A stretch of 63,496 bases of DNA, counting the filler, from Intoshia linei (Eukaryota; Animalia; Orthonectida): NCBI GenBank assembly GCA_001642005.1. It is 6 parts of 6 records of this genome, joined end to end, with 100 filler letters (N's around TTAATTAATTAA, not from the genome) between each part and the next. Parts side by side here need not be neighbours in the genome. Positions count along the whole stretch, not along the records: positions 49,847 to 56,116 come from LWCA01001690.1; positions 56,217 to 63,496 come from LWCA01001578.1; 4 more parts are not named here. One strand, given 5' to 3'. Below are positions 55,470 to 63,496 of this stretch, in pieces. The position numbers were made by a program, and so were the translations under genes. The first letter of the stretch is position 1, and every line of letters starts with the position of its first letter. The notes beneath the pieces were generated by a model. It saw nothing but the letters and a program-made list of their open reading frames with translations, was not told the origin of the DNA and made no database searches.

Positions 55470-56216
55470 ATAATTATAAATAAATAATTGTACCTAATAT
55501 ATTAGATATTATATATATTGTATTTTTTATTTCAAATTTCATTAGAATTCATTTTAATTAAATATTAAGTTAATGAAATAACGCAAAATGATTAATGATA
55601 ACGATAATACACATGTGAAAACAAATATTACCTGTGCATTAAAAATATCAAAAATTGCGCCAAAAATAATTTTAATTGATTTGGTTGTTATATTGACAAA
55701 TAGTACCCAAAAAATATTGATTAATCTGATGAATACAATTTTAGTTGTATTTAAATGTAGCAGCTTTTTTTAATTGACAAATTGTGAGTATTTATCAAAA
55801 TTAATTTATACAGGTTATTCTCGATATTTTGACAAAAATATTTGTTGAAATAATCGCGAATAATTATAACAATATTTATATAGTAACAATTATATAATTA
55901 TTTTAATTTGCAATTTTATTATTCGAGTTTATTTATTATTATTTAATAATCGAGTTTTTCGGTATATCATATTTAAGAAAAATCCATACTTTGTAAATTT
56001 AAAAATAATAATGAATGATATCGACGAAAAACAGTATTAATAGCCTAATTTAAAACTAAGATAATATAACTGAAATCAAATAGATAAAATGTATACTACA
56101 GATTAGATAAAAATATNNNNNNNNNNNNNNNNNNNNNNNNNNNNNNNNNNNNNNNNNNNNTTAATTAATTAANNNNNNNNNNNNNNNNNNNNNNNNNNNN
56201 NNNNNNNNNNNNNNNN

Positions 56217-57019
56217 GGCCCTTATGACCAATCATGGTTTCATCGATGGAAACTTCCCTTTTTGGTAGGTCAATTTGCTAAATATTGTCAAAAATTAATT
56301 AATCGATCGTTACAATCGTAATTTTCGTTATTACTGAAATGCCAGTTTTTTAATACTATAATAAATCGGTTATATGTCATATCAGCGTTATGAAATATTG
56401 GATGAAAATATATAGAATTGGTTTTTCAATATTCTTCTAGTTTCGAAAATTTAATAAGCCCTGTCAAAATTATAATTCCAATAAACCTCCTTATGTCATT
56501 TTCTGTAACATCTTTCCATTCATTCATGCGTGAATTTATCGATAGGATAGAAGTTTCAATTTGCTGATGCGCATAAATATTCGTTTCTAGAACCATTAAA
56601 TTTATGATATTGTCGTCAATAATTTGATTAAAAATATCAATAGGTGATATATTTTCAGATTCTCTATCGATGCGCTTTTGTAGTCCAAAGTTACCAGTGA
56701 ATTGAAACAGAGATTTTGGGTTTATTTCTTTGTACCATTCTTGTATATTTTCATTGGATATTTCCATAGTTTGTATTTCGTGGTTCCAATATTGATGATT
56801 TGGTAAAATATAGAAAACACAATTCGAATTAAAATTTTTTATTAGAAATTACACGTAATACCATGTGTATTATGTCACATTCCTTTTGAGCAATAAAAAT
56901 TTATAAATTAATGTAACATTAGTGATATTTTCATATTAGATCATTTTAAATGGCATAAATTCAAATTGAATTGTCGACGTGTGGTGAGAATCATAAAATT
57001 TATTTAGACAGTGAAAGGG
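56217..57019 (-). mobile_element. piggyBac transposon 5' part (PGBD4-like transposase), truncated by a gap
   Basis: Terminus TTAA|CCCTTTCACTGTC at 57023-57007; ORF SPIDIFNQIIDDNIINLMVLETNIYA..WKDVTENDIRRFIGIIILTGLIK..LEEY*; SIDETM near the gap. Confidence 0.88.
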
Positions 57020-57034
57020 TTAAGAAATTTAGCG

Positions 57035-57790
57035 GGGTAGAGTTTTAAAAATACTACTTTCTAATACCGTTTTTCGTCGATTAAATTTAGATAAGATTTT
57101 TATTTTCAGAAATTGATTCCTTCAGAGTCAAAAACCCTATTATCCTATTTTTTAAAATTCAACCGAGTCCTAGTAATAATAAATCTTTAAATATTTAATC
57201 GAATTTTTAATAGATATCAATCACATTACCAAAAATATAATTTCAATTTACAAAAATTTCGAAATAAAAAAAAATAAATATTAAAGTACATTTTTGACCG
57301 TGAAGACGTCACTTATTCAGATTGAAATTTTTTTGTCTTAACAGGATACAACTGTACCTTCATTTAAAAAAAGGTAATCTGTAGTTTTGATCGTGAAAAT
57401 TATCTTTTTTGAGGTTTTCATTTATGATAATGTTTATGAGTTTAAAAACCACCCCACAATTTATGTTAGATATAAAAAATATATAATATGTTTCATTTTT
57501 AAAACCAAGGGTAATTTGAGGTATTGACCATGAAGGTATGCGTTTCTGAGGCTGAGATTAACGACAATGGTAATTCTTTTATAACGCATTCCAGAATGTA
57601 TGTTTTATTTAAATTCTGGGTTGATTCAGGGCTGATTTTTTTTAACAAAAAAGAAAAGTGTGTTTTTGACCCTGAAGGACTCAAATTCTGAAACAGAAAA
57701 ATAGATAAAAACACATCTTGGGAAAAACTGTATTAAAATTTTATTTTTTTAAATCCTACGACGGACAATTTTTTTAATAAATAGAATAAA
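57035..57790. repeat. foldback-like copy of the modular repeat
   Basis: Forward module CTTCAGAGTCAAAAACCC at ~57120; reverse modules TTTTTGACCGTGAAG, TTGACCATGAAGGTATGCG, TTTTTGACCCTGAAGG, GGAAAAACTGTATT. Confidence 0.65.
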
Positions 57791-58309
57791 ACAGGAAAGA
57801 GTAATTGGTATGTGGGTCGCAGGAACGATACAAACGGAAATATCTAATAATCTGAAGTATTCTATTGGAGGTGTAAATAAAGTGGTAAAATTAATAGTAA
57901 ATTAGAGTGGTTTAATAAACAAAAAGCTTATTAAAATTAAGTTAATCGTTAAGAGTAAATAAATCTTACGAAAATGAAAACATTTCAAAACAAACCGTCG
58001 TGATTGACATAAAAATATCTACTGGTATGGTTCAATGTCAGTTTTTTTGCATATTTGCATAAAGTAACATGAAATACCAGCTTTATTAAACCTAGACAGC
58101 GAATCTATTAAGAATATTGTTGTATACTTTGGTCCCTAGTAGAGACTCGCTACAACACAAAAAATGTATACAAATCAAATTAAAAATTTTACAATACAGT
58201 AGACAATAGCAATATAGCAGAAAATGAAAAATTAAGAAAGGATTGAATCTATGCAATGTTTAATAATCTTAGAAATTATGCAAAACAACATTGTCCAAAG
58301 ACTCTAGAA

Positions 58310-60528
58310 CAGGGCTAGCCAAGTTAAATTTTAAAAAAATGAAAAATTCGGAACTTGTGCAATTAAAGTTTATTATATAATTTTCATGTATTATGTCGCA
58401 AACTTCGTGTACACGAAACACGAATAGAATGTCATTTTATAGGTATTAAAATACAACAAAGACAGAAGAATTTACAATTTATATAAAAATAAAACATTGA
58501 ATTCAAATTTATAATGTTAAACTATCAAGTAACTGTTCAATTGTATAATTCGTTGATTTTAGTTGTAAACAATTAGAAAGATTTTTTTGAGTGATGCAAC
58601 TTCTTTTTTCACTCTTAATAACTTTTAACAACGAAAATAAATGTTCACATAGATAAATTGTTCCAAATAATGATAAAATCCACAAAGCATTTTCTTTAAG
58701 TTTTACATATTTAACTGGCAAATAATTTTTATAAAACTCCGTACATTCCATATTATAAAAACGGTCTCTCAATAGTTCATTTGATTTAAAATCAATCAAT
58801 TCTAATTGGTAATCAACAGAAACATTATCAGGCTCTAAAGAGAACGGTTTGGTAAATAAGAAGAATCTATTTGATGTACCTAAAAATAAATAAAAATTTA
58901 AAATTATTACTTCTTAAATCCGAAAATCTGCGATGAAATTCTTTCAAGTTTTTCAAAATTTGAATATATTTTGATATACATGAACTTTCATTTTTAGATC
59001 TTTCTTTGAAATTTGGGAAATGTTCAAGAATATTATTTTCAAAATTATTAATCCACAATTAGTTTACATTCGAATGCATTTACAATATCATAATAATCTG
59101 TAATTATTTTATTCTTTCCTTGCAGTTTTAAATTTAAAGTGTCCAAGTGACTAGTAATATCTACCATAAAAAATAAATCAGACAGCCACATTGCATCTAA
59201 AAACTCTGCAAAATGTTTATTTTTTGAGTCTAGAAATGATTTTACTTCCGACAGTAGATTATAAAATCTTTCCAGCATTCACCCTTTGTAAAGCCATCTC
59301 GCATTTATAAAATATAATAGGTCATTATAATCGCTATTAGATTCAACTATTAAAAATGTTTGAAATTGTCGATGGTTAGCCTCATGCCTCCTTAAAAAAT
59401 TGATTGCTCTCACTACTTCACATATACCGTTTATGTCACATACTCGAGAGCATAGCGCTTGTTGCTGTATGTAGCAATGGTAAGATACCACATTATCATT
59501 TCCATTATGCGATGCGTACTTTTTCAATAACGTAGCGACGCCATTGTGTTGACCAATCATTGCAGCTGCGCCGTCTGTAACAATTCCTGTCAACTTCATC
59601 ATATTTACATTCAACATTTCAAATATATTAATGACAGCGCTGTATACATCCTGTGCCTTCGTTGTACCGATTAATGCAACTATCCCCATTATTTCTTCAC
59701 ATACATAAAATTCTTCATTAATCATACGAACAAATAATACAACTACAATAATACAATACAATAATACAGCAACTTGAGCCATGTCCCTAATATCATTAGT
59801 TTCATCTAAACATATGAAGAAATATGTATAGTTTTCCATTTATTTTTTTAGTATAATTTCAAAACTACCAGCCAGTTCATCTATTCTTCTAGTAATGGAT
59901 TGAGGAGAAAGATGCAGTTTCAATAAAATTTTTATAGTGGATTCGGGTATTTTTAGATTTGAGATATGTTCTAGGTATTCCTTAATAATCAGAGAATCCT
60001 GAAAAGGCTTACAGTGCTTGGCTAAAGTCATTGCTATTTTATATGCAATTTTATCTCCTTGAGTTTCCTTTATTGCGTTATTAAACTTCTCGGACATTTC
60101 ATTATAAGCATTTCTTTGAGATATCTCATTTTTCGAAACAACATCCTTATACTTCGTTAAGAAATGCCTTTTTGCATTGTATTTGTTCAATGAAAATTGT
60201 TTTTCACATATTAAGCAATAATGCTTTGCATTATGTTTGATAAAAAAAAGACTATTTAAAAATTTGCTAACAAAATAAATAAATATAATTCAATAAATTT
60301 GACATTGTTGCTTTGAGAATTATTAATATTTTTAATGAGCAGCCTGAGATTAAAAATAATAACCTTGTTTCTCATGAAAGTGTCATAATATTAAATGCAC
60401 TTAAATATAAAATGATCTTATTACAAATTTCTATTGAAATATTATGCGTTGTTTAAATTGAAAATGAGTTTTCTCGTGTTCCTCAATGAGATAATTTTAT
60501 AAAATGAGACTGTAGTTGGCTAGCTCTG
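58310..60528 (-). mobile_element. full-length but inactivated hAT (SPIN/Charlie/Buster, GTF2IRD2/EPM2AIP1-like) transposon
   Basis: TIRs CAGGGCTAGCCAA / TTGGCTAGCTCTG; TSD CTCTAGAA/CTTTAGAA; transposase KYNAKRHF, LSPQSITRRI, LDETNDIRDMAQ, VTDGAAAM, HCYIQQQALC, RWL, FMVDITSHL, LFGTIYLCEHLFS, broken by in-frame stops and frameshifts. Confidence 0.95.
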
Positions 60529-60998
60529 CTTTAGAAGATATATTTATTGAAAAGCAAAATGATACAGTCCTCAGGTGTTTCAAATGAAACCACTCTGAAA
60601 TATTTGTATAATAAACAAATAATATATGATTAGCTTAGAAATTTCTCATATTATTTTTAATATATTTTCAAGGTAATGGTCAACGTAATTAATAATTTTA
60701 GTCGATTAATCAATCAGCTTCTGTTTCACTTATTGTCAAAATGATAAATGTATGGTATGTAAAATGAATACTGTATTTTAAAAAATGTGTAACTATTATG
60801 ATATTATGATTTTAACTTTAGTGAAAAAAGTAACAATCTCCGTTAAAGTCACCACTTGCCCAAAAAAGTTGTCACTTTTCGAGTGTTTACTGTACTAAAC
60901 TAAAACAAAATTTTTAACACGATATTTTAAAATTCTAGAAATAAGTAAAGTAGAGAAAGAGACATTGAGATTATAAAAACTAAAATATATAAAATTAC

Positions 60999-62196
60999 CC
61001 TTCAATATTATTTACATAATCAACAGAGTTTTGAACATTATTTTTTAAAACATTATTGGTTGAATTCTAAAATAACATAAAAAAAAAAGTAAAAAATTTA
61101 CTCGTATATTAAGCCCATTAATAAAATTGTCCAAAGAATCAGAATATTTTTTGGTAATGTTAGATTTTGACATACTCGGTTTAACAATTTCTGTAACTTT
61201 AATAGATTCTGGTAAAGTCAAAAATTTTTGCGTATTCCACGAGACCTGATTTTCAATGGGTTGCGTACAAACGGTATCGAAAATACTATTTTCGATTGTA
61301 GAAATATTGAGTTTTTGATCTATAGAATTCATAACGATGTTGACCTTGTCTTCATATTTAGGAACTTCCTCTAGAGATTTTAAAATTGAATCAGTTTGAT
61401 TACTTTTAACATTATCGGGTAAATCAATCGGAAAAGATTTTTCTTCTTGTTTATTAACAGTTTCCGTAATTTCAGACATTTGCGTGACATTAATTTTTTC
61501 AGTGTTCACATCAATATTCTTCTTCAATGAAGATGAATCATTAAGAATAGACGCGGATATTTTGTCAAATTGATCGTTACCGTATGAATAAACTCTATAA
61601 CCATGACGATCGTTACCAGTTTCAATGTTTTGTTCAACCCTGTTCGACTTGTTTGGTTTATCGGAATCTAAGTTTACCTTTACAATATTCTTGGGAGTAT
61701 TCTTGGTAAAAAATGACTGCTGAGATTGCGGCTTATGTACCTTCCGATAAAAATTTGAAGATTTAGGTTTATACGCTTGACTAGAATTTGAGTAGTTTGG
61801 TTTATGAAAATTCTTGATAACATCAAATCGATTCACGTCTTCTTTAAAACTTTGAGATTCATGAGAGATATTCGCTTTAATAGACTTTTTTCGACCATTC
61901 TGAATTTTAAATGGGCTTGACTGTGTCAATTTCCAAATTTTATTGTTATTTAAATTAAAATTCTCCTGACTATGCTGAGGACGGTCTTTAGAGTCAAAAT
62001 ACTTTAAAGGGCTCCATATGCCTTGATCGCAATGATCGATCAATAAACATTCATGTCGTTTTGGATTTTTTCTAAATTCTTCTCTGATCGCCAACATTTT
62101 AGACAAAGTGTATCTAATCTCATTTGAAGGTTCTTCGTCGGATGAATCAACATAACTACTGCAAGAAGTACCCTCTTTTGACGATTTCAAGTCCAT
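60999..62196 (-). CDS. EIF4ENIF1: eIF4E transporter (4E-T / EIF4ENIF1)-like; first exon and following small exon, 3' end unresolved
   Basis: IRYTLSKMLAIRE..KRHECL..DQGIWSPLKYF aligns with the remembered human 4E-T HRYTKEELLDIKE..QRPSCL..SDGVWDPEKWH; then low-complexity sequence; donor at ~61101. Confidence 0.8.
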
Positions 62197-62848
62197 ATCT
62201 TTTTTATCAAATATTTAACAGTTGAGTATTTGTTGTTTGCACAAGTTTTAATTTGTTCAATTTGAATATTCAGAGTACCGTTAAATCGTTGGGTATGGAA
62301 TTTAAAATTTAGATTTAAAAATTTAATAACTTGATTGATTTTACTGCGTCGTTACAAGTTTTATATAATATTGACTTGATAAATAAATTATACTCTACTT
62401 TCAATATACACAATTTTATACAGTTAATCTCAACTTTTCTTTTAGACTTTATTGTGAGGATTTTCTTTATAGGTTAAATTGCATATTAATTACCTCCCAA
62501 CTTGATAATATAATATTCAAATAATTTCCTTTGTTTTTAAATAATAAATTTTTAACTTTAGTTGATAAATGTTTATTTCCATAGAATATATCCTTGACTA
62601 ATATGTGAAATTCAAACTTTTTCATTTCATTCCATTATTCAGGTTGTTCTAGTGATATCTGATTTTTATTTGTAACGTAATTCTCTTTATGGAATTAATA
62701 GTAGCAATTGAAATGTTAATTAGTAAGTCATCGTTAACGTTTCCAAAATCCTTGTGGAATATTAATTAGAATTAAATGGGATTTTCATATTATTCAAGCT
62801 AGTACAGAGGACGTCGTTTTAGAGAACACGTTTTCTTTAGTTACCACA

Positions 62849-63496
62849 TCCTAACTTATATAATATGCTACGCGATTTTTGTTTATGTGTGTGTGTTAAG
62901 CTTTATTTACATAACTACCCGTCTTAGAATTTTTTAAAGACCACATTTCAATTACAGTTTTTTCCGGGACGTATAATAAAATAAATTTCAACCTTCCAAT
63001 TTCATATCTTACGGGTCAAAAACTTCAGTTATCCCTCTTTTTGAAAATCAAATGAGTTGGACAATTTAAAATATATACGCTGATACGGATTTTAAAATGA
63101 TAAACATTACCATAAATTTAAATTTAAAAAAATTATATCTTCAGGGCCAAAACCACAAATTACCCTTCTTTTTTTAATGAAAACAGCCCTAGAATTAAAA
63201 AAAATTTACAAATGGTACAATTGTATCCTGTTAACACACATAGAAAATTTCAATCCGAATAAGTGACGACTTCACGGTCAAAAAAGCATTTTAGTTTCAT
63301 ATATTTTTTTCTGAAATATTTTATTAAAACAAAAAATGTGAATAATTTACAGGTCCGAAAATTAAAAAAAAAATTAGTCTGATAGAGCTTATTCCAGTTG
63401 ATATAAATATAGAATTTTAACCTCAGAAATCGACGCATTCCAGGTGAAAAATAATTTTTAATATATTATCAACCAATATTTTTCAAATATTTCGAT
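62849..63496 (+). repeat. well-preserved copy of the modular dispersed repeat, runs off the window
   Basis: A|TCCTAACTTATATAATATGCTACGCGATTTTTGTTTATGTGTGTGTG.. matches 25566 and the reverse complement at 31410. Confidence 0.9.

Noticed and set aside
59048-60190. Programmed stop-codon readthrough across three abutting ORFs
   Set aside because: The same transposase also has frameshifts and altered motifs; ordinary decay explains it

Overview
This is a very AT-rich, gapped eukaryotic (animal) nuclear scaffold, not prokaryotic DNA. Genes are split by tiny GT-AG introns (mostly 33-45 nt), so the ORF track misses or fragments most of them. The AT-richness and intron size resemble what is reported for the orthonectid Intoshia linei; that is inference only. 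Manual splicing recovers: a type-I membrane receptor with C-type lectin, WSC-like and MAM-like domains (minus); Rab1; CDC23/APC8; a decayed KLHL10-like BTB-BACK-Kelch gene; an unknown membrane-protein exon; CDK12/13; tRNA-Pro(AGG); a 9-exon three-C2H2 zinc-finger gene almost absent from the ORF track; an LCAT/PLA2G15-like gene lacking the catalytic serine; a PEX14-like gene; SIRT1; and eIF4E-transporter (4E-T). Intergenic DNA and the long introns contain decayed transposons: hAT elements and MITEs with 8-bp TSDs, a Tc1 with a nested insertion, piggyBac, Chapaev3-like, Ty3/gypsy, and an abundant modular foldback/Helitron-like repeat. Five 100-bp N/TTAATTAATTAA blocks are assembly spacers. I found no clearly new biological system; the most interesting candidates are listed as findings. 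All exon models and family calls come from reading the sequence by eye and from remembered consensus motifs, with no database search.
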